Origin: Geothrix sp.
GTDB lineage: Bacteria; Acidobacteriota; Holophagae; Holophagales; Holophagaceae
Direction: 5' to 3'
NCBI GenBank assembly: GCA_031292655.1
Contig: JARLGO010000222.1
Coordinates: forward strand, 26,042 to 90,041
DNA length: 64,000 nt
Shown here: in pieces, positions 1 to 9,184 of the stretch
Layout of the letters: every line of letters starts with the position of its first letter
Numbering within the stretch: position 1 is the stretch's first letter
Position numbers and translations under genes: made by a program
Notes under the pieces: model-generated
Told to the model about the DNA's origin: nothing
Seen by the model: the letters and a program-made list of their open reading frames with translations, nothing else
The model's database searches: none

Positions 1-21
1 AGGGTTGCCTGCGGGCAGAGG

Positions 22-1185
22 ATGCGCGTGCGCGAAGTCGTAATCTTCCGGCATAATCTGTTTAAGATATCCGAACCCTTCATCACCCAGCAGGCGCAAA
101 AGCTGCGGCGCTATACGCCGGTCTATCTGGGCAGGCTGCGCTTCGGCGCGTCGCCGGAGGGGGCGGCGGTACTCAGCCTGCAGGATCTCGGCGCCAGAGG
201 GCTCCTGCTGCGCGTCGGCTGGCACATGATCAGCCGCAACATCGGGCCGTTTCTGCGCCTCTTGCGGGGGCACCGGCCCGCGCTGATCCATGCGCATTTC
301 GGCATCGAGGGGGTTTACGCGCTGCCCCTTGCGAAGCGGCTGGATATCCCCCTGATCACCATGTTCCACGGTTACGACGCAACCTTATCGACCGCCGCCC
401 TGCTCACCTCTCCCGCCTTGGCGAACTACCCGTTGTTTCGCGGGCAACTCGCTCAGGGGGGGGATCTGTTCCTCTGCGCCTCGTCCTTTATCCGCGAGCG
501 GGTGCTGGCGCTGGGTTTCCCCGAGGCGCGCACGCGGGTGCATTACATCGGCGTGGATTGCCAGGCGATCCAGCCGCGCGCGGCGGCGGAGGAAACGCCG
601 GTCATTCTGCATGTCGCCCGGCTTGTCGAGGTCAAGGGCACGCAGGTTCTGCTCCAGGCGTTTCAATCCGTGGCGCGCCACCATGCCGAGGCGCAGTTGG
701 TCATCATCGGCGACGGCCCGCTCAGGCGGTCGCTGGAGGCGCAGGCGCAGGCGCTGGGGCTGGCGCAGCGGGTGCGCTTTCTCGGGGCGTTGCCGCATGT
801 ACGGGTATTGGCCTGGATGCGTAAGGCGGCGATGCTGGTGCTGCCCAGTGTGCGTACGGCCACCGGGCGGGTCGAGGGGCTGGGCATGGTGATGCTGGAA
901 GCGGCGGCGACGGGCGTACCGGTGATCGGCTCGCGCCTCGGCGGCATCCCAGAGGGCATCCGCGACGGCGAAACCGGGTTTCTGGTCCCCGAACGCGACC
1001 CTGCCGCCCTGGCCGAGCGCATGGGCCAACTCCTCGCCGATCCGGCAACGCGGCGGCGCATGGGCGCGCAGGCCCGCGCATTTGTCGCGCGGAATTTTGA
1101 CATCGACAGGCAGACCGAAATCCTCGAACAGCTCTACGACGAGGTTTTGGCGCGCAGGCACGGCTCCGATGCGGTGTCCGCGTGA
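22..1185 (+). CDS. GT4 glycosyltransferase (WcaL/AmsK-like)
   Basis: HAHFG, VARLVEVKG, EGLGMVMLEAAATGVPVI (E-x7-E) GT-B motifs. Confidence 0.9.
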   Translation: MRVREVVIFRHNLFKISEPFITQQAQKLRRYTPVYLGRLRFGASPEGAAVLSLQDLGARGLLLRVGWHMISRNIGPFLRLLRGHRPALIHAHFGIEGVYALPLAKRLDIPLITMFHGYDATLSTAALLTSPALANYPLFRGQLAQGGDLFLCASSFIRERVLALGFPEARTRVHYIGVDCQAIQPRAAAEETPVILHVARLVEVKGTQVLLQAFQSVARHHAEAQLVIIGDGPLRRSLEAQAQALGLAQRVRFLGALPHVRVLAWMRKAAMLVLPSVRTATGRVEGLGMVMLEAAATGVPVIGSRLGGIPEGIRDGETGFLVPERDPAALAERMGQLLADPATRRRMGAQARAFVARNFDIDRQTEILEQLYDEVLARRHGSDAVSA

Positions 1186-1940
1186 GCGGTCCGGCCGCCG
1201 TGGTGGTCGCGCACCCCGATGATGAGATCCTCTGGCTCAGCTCGGCCCTCGCCTCGGCGGCGCGGGTCGTGTTCTGCTTTGGCGATCCCTTCGGCAAGCC
1301 GGAGAAAGCCACCGCGCGGCGGCGGGCGGTTGCGGCGTTGCCGTTGCCCCGGCTGCTCGACCTCAAACTCCCCGAGAGCGGCGGCGGCTTTGCCGTCAAC
1401 TGGCAGACGCCGGAGCCGACGCGCTTTGGCATCGCCCTCACCGACCCCGCCGCGCAGGCGCGCTACGAGGCCAATTTCGAACACCTGCTGGCCGCCCTGC
1501 GTCCGGCCCTCACCGGCATCGCCGAGGTCTATACGCATAACCCCTGGGGCGAATACGGCCATGCCGAACATGTCCAGGTTTACCGCGCCGTCGCGGCGTT
1601 GCAGGCGGAGTTGGGTTATACGATCTGGTTTTCCAATTACGTCAGCGCGCGGAGCTGGCCACTGGCCGTGCAGAGCAGCGCGCTGCCCAGTTGGACCGAG
1701 CGCCGCAGCGCCCGGCCCGACCTCGCCCTGGCGCGCCGCTTGATGCGGATTTACCGGCAGCATGGGGCCTGGACCTGGACGCGGTTTCACATCTGGCCAG
1801 CACAGGAGCAGCTCTACGCCCAGTCCCCGGCGCAAGATCCAACGCCCCGGCACGCCCTCTCGGGCGAGACGCTGCTCGATACCGCCGGGCTGCGCTGGTG
1901 GCCGCCGCCCTGGCGCGCCGCGCACCGGCGGCTGGGCTGA
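1182..1940 (+). CDS. PIG-L/LmbE family carbohydrate de-N-acetylase
   Basis: AHPDDE motif and THNPWGEYGHAEH (HxDH variant); GTGA overlap with upstream GT. Confidence 0.75.
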   Translation: MSGPAAVVVAHPDDEILWLSSALASAARVVFCFGDPFGKPEKATARRRAVAALPLPRLLDLKLPESGGGFAVNWQTPEPTRFGIALTDPAAQARYEANFEHLLAALRPALTGIAEVYTHNPWGEYGHAEHVQVYRAVAALQAELGYTIWFSNYVSARSWPLAVQSSALPSWTERRSARPDLALARRLMRIYRQHGAWTWTRFHIWPAQEQLYAQSPAQDPTPRHALSGETLLDTAGLRWWPPPWRAAHRRLG

Positions 1941-1943
1941 GCC

Positions 1944-3416
1944 TCAGGAAAGCTGGTAGGGCCGCTTGCGGGCGTGGAGGAACAGCCCGGCGTAGGTGAG
2001 CAGCACCGCCGCCAGGGTGATGCCGATCTGAAGCTTGAGATTGTCGCCGCCGATCAGCGCGCGCGCCGCCGCCACCGCCGCCACCATCGCGGCAATGCCG
2101 ATCAGCGGCACGAGAAACGCCCGCCCGAGCGCGCCCGCGTGGATTTCCCAGTGCCGATGCAGATAGAGGACGCCCCAGACCAGCAACAGCGGATAAACCC
2201 CGAGCCAGACGGCGGAGACGGCGATAATCCCGGTCCGCGCCGGGAAAATCAGGCAGGCGGCGAGGATTCCGGCACTGAGCAGCGCCAGCGTGGCGGCGGA
2301 GAGGCGCGCCGCGGTGCCCGGTCGGCCCGAGCCGAGCAGCAAGGGCATCAGCAGTTGCGAGGAGACGCGCAACAAGGCCGCCCCCGCCAGTAGCTCCAGC
2401 GGCAACGCCGCCGCCGCATAGCTATGGCCCTGCCCATCATGCAGCAGCGTCATCAGCGGGCGGGCGACGAGGATCAGCCCGACCATCAGCGGCGCCACCA
2501 GGACGACCAGCCGCCGCAGCGACCAGGTCAGCGATTGCGCGAGATGGTCGCGGACCTGCGCCACGCGGGCGAAAACCGGCATGGCGGTGCGGTTGACCAG
2601 CGCGCCGACGGCGATGGCGGGTTCCATCGCGACATCGAACGCCACCCGGTACACCGCGAGCTGCGCCGCGCCGTAAAACCCGCCGATGAGCAGGTAGTCG
2701 ATGTTCTTGAAAATCTGCTCGAAGATGTTCGAGGTCGCGGCGCGCAGGCCAAAGCGCACCAGCGGCAAAATCTCCGGCAGATGAAACCGCAGGCGCGGGC
2801 GGAAGGGGCGGAACAGCAGGGTGCCGATCAGGATATAAAGCCCGCTTGAGGCAAACGCGCCGACCAGCGCCCAGGCTCCGGCCCCGCCGACGGCGAGGCC
2901 AAGCCGCGTCAGCGCCGCCGCCACGGTGGAAAAGACGCTGATCGCGGCGATGCGCTCGTATTTCAGCTCGCGGTTCAGGAGGGCGAGCGGGACCACCGCC
3001 GCGCCGACGAGCGGCTGTTTCGCCGCGATGACGAGGAAATACGTTGCCATTCCCGGCACGCCGTAGATTTTCTCGATCCAGGGCGAGGCGAGCAGGGTCA
3101 TCCCCGCCGCCGCCACGGCGACGGCGAGGATGAACCAGAACAGTGAATCAAGCTGCCGCCGCGACACCGCATCGGCCTGGATCATCGCCTCGCTGGTGCC
3201 CAGCCCGTCGAGCGCCTCGACGACCATGCCAAAGGAGATGACCAGTGACGCGATGCCGACCTGCGCCTTGGTCAGGTAGAGCAACACCACCAGAATCGTC
3301 GAGAAATCGATGACCTTGGCGATGATCGTGGCACTGCCCAGCCAGTTGAAGCCCCGCGCGAGGTGGCGGTAGTGGCTCTGCGGGGTCTGGGGGGCGGCGG
3401 GCGGCGTTACGGACAT
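1944..3416 (-). CDS. Wzx-type oligosaccharide flippase
   Basis: 490 aa polytopic membrane protein, IDYLLIGGFYGAAQLAVYRVA motif; among GT genes. Confidence 0.85.
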   Translation of the reverse strand: MSVTPPAAPQTPQSHYRHLARGFNWLGSATIIAKVIDFSTILVVLLYLTKAQVGIASLVISFGMVVEALDGLGTSEAMIQADAVSRRQLDSLFWFILAVAVAAAGMTLLASPWIEKIYGVPGMATYFLVIAAKQPLVGAAVVPLALLNRELKYERIAAISVFSTVAAALTRLGLAVGGAGAWALVGAFASSGLYILIGTLLFRPFRPRLRFHLPEILPLVRFGLRAATSNIFEQIFKNIDYLLIGGFYGAAQLAVYRVAFDVAMEPAIAVGALVNRTAMPVFARVAQVRDHLAQSLTWSLRRLVVLVAPLMVGLILVARPLMTLLHDGQGHSYAAAALPLELLAGAALLRVSSQLLMPLLLGSGRPGTAARLSAATLALLSAGILAACLIFPARTGIIAVSAVWLGVYPLLLVWGVLYLHRHWEIHAGALGRAFLVPLIGIAAMVAAVAAARALIGGDNLKLQIGITLAAVLLTYAGLFLHARKRPYQLS

Positions 3417-4681
3417 CCAGCCGAGGGGGGCAGGGCGGTGGATGCGGCGGCTTCGGGGGGGAGGATGAAGGAGCGCTTGCGGATCAGGTTGACCAGCCAG
3501 CGGCGCGATTGGCGCATCCAGGTGTAAAATTGCCGCTCCCCCCAGCCGCCATGTCCGGTGCGCGCGGCGTGCAGCCGGTTCTCGATCAGCTCGGCGATTT
3601 TCCGCGCACGCACGTCCCAGGTGGACTCGCAGCTATCGGCCAGTGCTGCCGCCGCCAGCCGTGCCGCGAGCGCCGTGTCGCCGGTCAGCGCGGCGATGCC
3701 CGAGACCAGGGAGTCCAGCGAATCCGGGCGGCAGAGCAGCGCGTTCTCCCCGTCGCGCAACACTTCGCGCAGGTCGGGCGTGTCTCCGGCCAGGATCGGG
3801 CGGCCCGAGCCCAGGTAGAAGAACACTTTTAGCGGTAGCACCGTCGAGCCGAATTCGGCCATCGGCTGGAGCGAAGGGGGGATCAGCAGGACATCCGCCG
3901 CGAAAATATAATCGCCCAGGGTCTCCGCCGTCTGCCAGGGAACAATGCGGACATTGGCGACATCGCGGGCCATTTTCTCGATCGGGCCATCGCCATAGGA
4001 GCCGACCAGGAGGAACAGGATGTCGGGCAGGGCTTTTGCCGCCTCGATGACCAGGTTGAGCCCCTTTTTATGGTTGATGCGCCCGGTATAGACGACGGTT
4101 TTCTGGCCGGGGGAGATGCCGATCTTCTGTTTCGCGATTTCCACCGGCACGGGCGCCTGAAAGCGCTGCGGCTCGAAGCCGTTGCGCACGCAGTGCAGCT
4201 TCTCCGCGGGCACGCCGAGGTCGATATATTTCTGCCTGGTGTAGTTGGAGTGGCAGATGTGCAGCAGGAAGCGGGGGTTGCAGAACAGGCGGTACAGCCA
4301 GAATTGCAGCGGCGGAATCTGGTCCGGCCAGGGGCGATAATGGTCGAAAACAACCTGTTGTCTGAACAGCACGGTCAGCCAGGCGACCCAGAGGTTGCGC
4401 GTGTACACGAAATCCGCCTGGCGGAATTCCTCCTTGCGCAGCACGAGGGTCAGGCCGCAGCAGAAATGCCGCAGCGCCGCGGGGCGGAGCGGTGCCCAGG
4501 CGCGGATGATGGGCATCCCGGCCAGGGCGCGAATGGCCTCGGGCTGGGCGTTCTCCGCCAGCGGCGCGTGCAGCCACGCGGCTTTGGCCATCGGGGCGAG
4601 GTATTTTGCCGTCGTCACAAAAACCTCGGCATCCGCCTCGGCATTCGGGAGCGGGTTCTCAAAGGCGAACAGAATTTTCAT
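3407..4681 (-). CDS. GT4 glycosyltransferase
   Basis: YTGRINHKKG, PLKVFFYLGSGRPILA, EVLRDGENALL; start moved to MKILFAF at 4681. Confidence 0.8.
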   Translation of the reverse strand: MKILFAFENPLPNAEADAEVFVTTAKYLAPMAKAAWLHAPLAENAQPEAIRALAGMPIIRAWAPLRPAALRHFCCGLTLVLRKEEFRQADFVYTRNLWVAWLTVLFRQQVVFDHYRPWPDQIPPLQFWLYRLFCNPRFLLHICHSNYTRQKYIDLGVPAEKLHCVRNGFEPQRFQAPVPVEIAKQKIGISPGQKTVVYTGRINHKKGLNLVIEAAKALPDILFLLVGSYGDGPIEKMARDVANVRIVPWQTAETLGDYIFAADVLLIPPSLQPMAEFGSTVLPLKVFFYLGSGRPILAGDTPDLREVLRDGENALLCRPDSLDSLVSGIAALTGDTALAARLAAAALADSCESTWDVRARKIAELIENRLHAARTGHGGWGERQFYTWMRQSRRWLVNLIRKRSFILPPEAAASTALPPSAGCP

Positions 4682-4879
4682 TGATAACCCTGGGAGAAAC
4701 AATGTGCCGGAGGCCAGCCGCAGCGCCCTACCTATGCGCATAGGAGACGACGATCAATAGAGCCGCAACGCTCCGTTACGGGGGGATTAAAAATCCGGCT
4801 TCTGGTTTTCAGCGCCGGAAAAGAGGGCTATTGGCTGGGGCGTTGTGACCCCAGCCCGGACAGACGAGATCATCGGAAC

Positions 4880-5392
4880 GTGCTGAAACCCCGCCGTGCC
4901 CTGCTGGCCTTCCTGCTGTGTCAGGCCATTTTCCTGTTTGCGGCAGGGCGCGCCCCGGCCCGCCCGGCGCAGGCCGATATTACCGGGTTCTGGGTGCTGG
5001 GCCGTGCGCATTGGGTGGTCCAGATCAGCCCGTGCGGCGACGGCTATTGCGGGCGTCTGGTCGGCCTGAGCAAAAGCGCCAAGCCCGACGCGGCGCGGGT
5101 GGATGATCGCAACCCCGACCCGGCCCGGCGCGCCCGGCCGCTCTGTGGGCTGCCCCTTCTGGGCGGCTTCACGCCGGCACCCTCAGACCCCGGAACATGG
5201 CGCGGCGGCTGGATCTATGATCCCGATAACGGGGCAACCTACGCCAGCCGGATGTGGCTCGCCGGGCCCGATACGCTCAAGGTCCGGGGCTATATCCTCG
5301 TCCCCTGGCTTGGCCGTAACGAGACGTTGACGCGCGAGACCGGCCCGGCCAACCGCTGCGGCGCGGGGGCACCGCCGGGACTGCGCGGTTAA
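4880..5392 (+). CDS. DUF2147 family exported protein
   Basis: Signal peptide; DRNPDPARRARPLCG, GWIYDPDNGATY, LKVRGYI motifs. Confidence 0.85.
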   Translation: MLKPRRALLAFLLCQAIFLFAAGRAPARPAQADITGFWVLGRAHWVVQISPCGDGYCGRLVGLSKSAKPDAARVDDRNPDPARRARPLCGLPLLGGFTPAPSDPGTWRGGWIYDPDNGATYASRMWLAGPDTLKVRGYILVPWLGRNETLTRETGPANRCGAGAPPGLRG

Positions 5393-6561
5393 GCAGGTTC
5401 GCTCGGCTCCGGCCCGAGCAGACGTTCCACCGCCGCGATGACCGCCTGCGCCTCGAGCTGTATCATGCAGCGCGCCGCCGCGCACTGCCGGGTCGAGCGG
5501 CTACAGCGGCGCACCCAGTCGCGTTTGCGCTCGAACACATCGCGTTGATCCCGGCAGGGGAAGTTCTCGATCGTCACCTCGGCGCAGGGCATTTCGCGCC
5601 AGAACTCCCCCCGTCCGAACAACGCAGGCGAGCCCGGCCCGAACAGGGATACCGCAGGCACGCCGGTCAGCCGGGCGAGATGGGCAACCCCGGTATCGGG
5701 CGAGACGAACACCGCCGCCTGGGCGATCAGTCGCCACATCTGGGCGAGGTCGAGCCGTTGCGCGTAGCTGCGATAGCGCCCCGCCTTGTCGATCTGCCCG
5801 ACGATGGCCGCCTCGCCGGGGCCGCCGCTCCAGACCACCTCCAGGGAGCGCTCGGTCAGCCAGCGCGCCAGCGCCAGCCATTGCTCCGGCGGCCATAGTT
5901 TAAGCGGCCCGCTGGCGCCGACATGCAGCACCGCATAGGGCCGCTCCGGCAGGTCGAAGCTCCGGCAGGAAGGTGCGGGCCAATCCCCGCGCTGATAGGG
6001 CCTTGGCCCCGGCCCCGGCCCCAATTCTGCAAAAATCTCGGCCATCGCCGTCGGTGTTTGCGGATAGTCGATCAGCTCGTCGATCATCCAGCTTTTGAGC
6101 CTGGGCCGGTCCCCGGCATGGGCGACAATCCACTTCGCCCGCAGCGCCGCCGCGAGCCAGCCATGCCGGTTATCGCCCGGCACCACCGCGAGGTCGAAGC
6201 CGTCCTGGCGGAACATCGCCGCCACCGTCTCGAAGCGGCGCGGGTGATAGGGCCAGACGACAACGCCGTAAGGATTGCCCTGATAGAGCGGGACCATCGG
6301 CAGCGTGCTGAGGAGGACAATCTCGGCGGCGGGGTATTGCTCGCGCAGCTTGGCGAGCAGCGGGGTGATCAGGATCGCGTCGCCCAGCCGCAAATGGGGC
6401 GCCACCAGAATCCGCTGCGGCGCGGCGGGCCGCCGCCTGGGCCGCGTGCCCAGCAGACGCACACCGAGCAGACGCACACGCAAGGCGCGCGCCACGGTGC
6501 GGATGATCGAGGGGATTTCACTCGCCAAATTGGGGGTCCTGAACCTGCACACTTTCCCCAC
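5389..6561 (-). CDS. GT9 (heptosyltransferase-like) glycosyltransferase
   Basis: RLGDAILITP, KLWP, SPDTGVAHLA, SLFGP motifs; start uncertain. Confidence 0.85.
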   Translation of the reverse strand: MGKVCRFRTPNLASEIPSIIRTVARALRVRLLGVRLLGTRPRRRPAAPQRILVAPHLRLGDAILITPLLAKLREQYPAAEIVLLSTLPMVPLYQGNPYGVVVWPYHPRRFETVAAMFRQDGFDLAVVPGDNRHGWLAAALRAKWIVAHAGDRPRLKSWMIDELIDYPQTPTAMAEIFAELGPGPGPRPYQRGDWPAPSCRSFDLPERPYAVLHVGASGPLKLWPPEQWLALARWLTERSLEVVWSGGPGEAAIVGQIDKAGRYRSYAQRLDLAQMWRLIAQAAVFVSPDTGVAHLARLTGVPAVSLFGPGSPALFGRGEFWREMPCAEVTIENFPCRDQRDVFERKRDWVRRCSRSTRQCAAARCMIQLEAQAVIAAVERLLGPEPSEPA

Positions 6562-6770
6562 CCGGACTAACCGCCGGGGCTGGGATTGTCGATATTGCGG
6601 CCAACCGTGCCCCGATGTTCTAGGCAGGATACATATCGTTAAATCAGATGGTATCTATATAAATATATAGTCTTTTCTGGTGTATTTCCGGGCCGATATA
6701 GAGCGCCATGCTCGTTCCTGTGCCGCCATCCAGGCGGGGCAGGCGCATTTTGCAAGCCCAAAGGACCCTG

Positions 6771-7385
6771 ATGATGAAACTTCTGCACATTGATTCCAGT
6801 ATTCTGGGGGAGAATTCCGTCTCCCGCAGCCTTACCGCCTCCCTGGTTGCACGCCAGAAGGCGCTGCATCCTGGCCTTGAGGTCACCTATCTCGACCTCA
6901 GCGCGCAGTCGCCGATGCATCTCTCCGCCGCGCATATCGGCGCTCTTTTCGGCCACCCGCCGACCGACGCCGCGACCATCGCCGATATCGCTGCCACCGC
7001 CTCCTATATCGACGACCTGTTCGCCGCTGACATCATCGTCATCGGCGCGCCGATGTATAATTTCACCCTCCCGAGCCAGCTCAAAGCCTGGATCGACCGC
7101 GTGCTCGTCGCGGGCAAGACCTTCAAATATGGCGAAGGCGGCGTGCCCGTCGGCCTCGTTCCGCCCGGCAAGCAGGTGTTTATCGCCTCCACGCGCGGCG
7201 GCGCTTATGTTGAAGGTTCGCCCGCCTCTTTCCTCGACCATCAGGAAACCTATCTGAAAGGTGCGCTCGCCTTCATCGGGCTTACCGATGTCACGATCAT
7301 CCGCGCCGAGACTGTTGCCGTGCCGGACCTCAAACCTGCCGCCATCGCCGGTGCGCAGGCGCAAATCGCCGCTCTGACCGTTTAA
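6771..7385 (+). CDS. azoR: FMN-dependent NADH-azoreductase/quinone reductase
   Basis: [35 protein letters not shown]; AAGGA RBS before 6771. Confidence 0.93.
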   Translation: MMKLLHIDSSILGENSVSRSLTASLVARQKALHPGLEVTYLDLSAQSPMHLSAAHIGALFGHPPTDAATIADIAATASYIDDLFAADIIVIGAPMYNFTLPSQLKAWIDRVLVAGKTFKYGEGGVPVGLVPPGKQVFIASTRGGAYVEGSPASFLDHQETYLKGALAFIGLTDVTIIRAETVAVPDLKPAAIAGAQAQIAALTV

Positions 7386-7408
7386 TCTATCCAAGGATAT
7401 TACCGCTC

Positions 7409-8029
7409 ATGCACCACACGCTCAAAACCCTGGCCCTCGGCGCGGCCTTGTTCGCCGCCCCGATGCTCGCCCAGGCGCAATCCGCGCCGCCGATCAACGC
7501 CAACCCTGCCGCCGTGCAGGCTGGCGCCTATAACGTCGAGCCGACCCATACGCGCGTCCTCCTCGCGGTCTCGCATATGGGCTTCACCACGTGGTACAGC
7601 CAGTTCACCAACGTCTCCGGCACGCTGACGCTGGACCCGAAAGATGTGAGCGCCACGACGCTGGACATCACCATCCCCACCAACACCATCTCGACCACCA
7701 ACACCAAGCTCGACGGCGAGCTGAACAGCCCGGCATGGCTGGACACCGCCAAATACCCGACGATCGAGTTCAAATCGACCAAGGTGGTGCGCACCGGCCA
7801 TGACACCGCGAAGGTGACCGGCGAGCTGACCTTCCACGGCGTCACCCTGCCCGAGACGCTGAACGTCACCTTCAACGCCTCCGGGGTGAACTTCCTCTCC
7901 AAGCAATACACCGTCGGCTTCAACGCCACCGGCATGATCAAGCGCAGCGATTTCAATGTGAAGACCTACGTGCCGGTCATCGGCGACGATGTCTCGCTGA
8001 TCATCAGCGCTGCGTTCGTGAAGCCCTAA
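7409..8029 (+). CDS. YceI family periplasmic polyisoprenoid-binding protein
   Basis: Signal peptide; VSHMGF, YPTIEFKST, GELTFHGVT, GFNATGMIKRSDF. Confidence 0.9.
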   Translation: MHHTLKTLALGAALFAAPMLAQAQSAPPINANPAAVQAGAYNVEPTHTRVLLAVSHMGFTTWYSQFTNVSGTLTLDPKDVSATTLDITIPTNTISTTNTKLDGELNSPAWLDTAKYPTIEFKSTKVVRTGHDTAKVTGELTFHGVTLPETLNVTFNASGVNFLSKQYTVGFNATGMIKRSDFNVKTYVPVIGDDVSLIISAAFVKP

Positions 8030-8031
8030 AC

Positions 8032-8595
8032 GTGGCCCGCGACCGCTACACCGCGACAGCGATCACCCTGCATTGGGTGATCGCGCTCGGCATCCTGGTC
8101 CAGCTCGTCCTGGGGCTGGTCATGGTGCATTACCCGATGTCCGTCGGCGAGCAGTTCAAGCTCTACCAGCTCCATAAATCCATCGGCATCACGGTGCTGT
8201 TCGCGGTGTTCCTGCGCCTGTTCTGGCGCCTGACGCATCGCCCGCCGGAACTCCCCGAAACCATGCCGGTCCTGGAGCGTCAGGCCGCCTCGGCCACGCA
8301 TGTTGTCTTGTATCTCTTCATGTTCGCCCTGCCGCTCACCGGCTGGGCCGTGGTCTCGGCCTCGCCGTTCGACATCCCGACCGTGCTTTTCGGCGTTATC
8401 CCCTGGCCGGACCTGCCGGTACTCTCCACCCTCGCCAACAAGCACGCCGCCGAGGCGGTGCTGTCCTATATCCACAGCCGACTCGCCTTTGTGATCATCG
8501 GGCTGCTCGCCTTGCATATTCTCGTTCTCGCCGCCCTGCGCCACCATTTCCTGCTGCACGACAATATCCTGCGCCGCATGCTGCCGCGCCGCTGA
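8032..8595 (+). CDS. Cytochrome b561 (YceJ-like)
   Basis: RY...LHW, HKSIGIT, AALRHH; four TM helices with heme His residues. Confidence 0.9.
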   Translation: MARDRYTATAITLHWVIALGILVQLVLGLVMVHYPMSVGEQFKLYQLHKSIGITVLFAVFLRLFWRLTHRPPELPETMPVLERQAASATHVVLYLFMFALPLTGWAVVSASPFDIPTVLFGVIPWPDLPVLSTLANKHAAEAVLSYIHSRLAFVIIGLLALHILVLAALRHHFLLHDNILRRMLPRR

Positions 8596-8613
8596 TTCCT
8601 TGAGAGGTTCACC

Positions 8614-9168
8614 ATGAAACTTCCCGTCCTCGCTCTCGCGTTGGCCAGCCTTGCCGCCAGCCCGGCGCTTGCCGCCAACTGGGCCGTGCAGCCCGCGCAA
8701 AGCACACTGGGCTTCTCGGGCGTGCAAACCGGCTCGCCCTTCTCGGGCATTTTCACGCAATGGAACGCGCAGATCAGCTTCGATCCCGCCAACCCCACCG
8801 CCGCGCATGTGAAGATCACCATCAATACCGCCAGCGCCAAAACCGGCGACACCCAGCGCGATACCGCGTTGCCGGATGCCGACTGGTTCGACGCCGCCGC
8901 CTTCCCCCAGGCCGTCTTCGAGGCCACCGGCTTTACCCCCGAAGGCGGGACAAAATACCAGACCACGGGGACGCTCACGATCCGGGGCATCAGCCAGAAG
9001 CTGACCCTGCCCTTCACCCTTGCCGTGACCGGCAATCAGGCCACCGCCAAGGGCCAGATCTCCTTGCAACGCACCGCCTTCGGCGTCGGCCAGGGCGATT
9101 GGGCGACCGGGGATTGGGTCAGCCTGACCGCCGGAGTCAACTTTACGCTGGTCGCCACGCAGCAGTAG
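8614..9168 (+). CDS. YceI family protein (second paralogue)
   Basis: Signal peptide; RD...DWFD..FPQAVF, GTLTIRG, RTAFGVGQG. Confidence 0.9.
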   Translation: MKLPVLALALASLAASPALAANWAVQPAQSTLGFSGVQTGSPFSGIFTQWNAQISFDPANPTAAHVKITINTASAKTGDTQRDTALPDADWFDAAAFPQAVFEATGFTPEGGTKYQTTGTLTIRGISQKLTLPFTLAVTGNQATAKGQISLQRTAFGVGQGDWATGDWVSLTAGVNFTLVATQQ

Positions 9169-9184
9169 CCAGCGGGGGTGGGGG

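Noticed and set aside
6452-6479. 15-nt tandem duplication (VRLLG VRLLG) in the GT9 N-terminus
   Set aside because: Only two in-frame copies in a variable leader; likely neutral slippage
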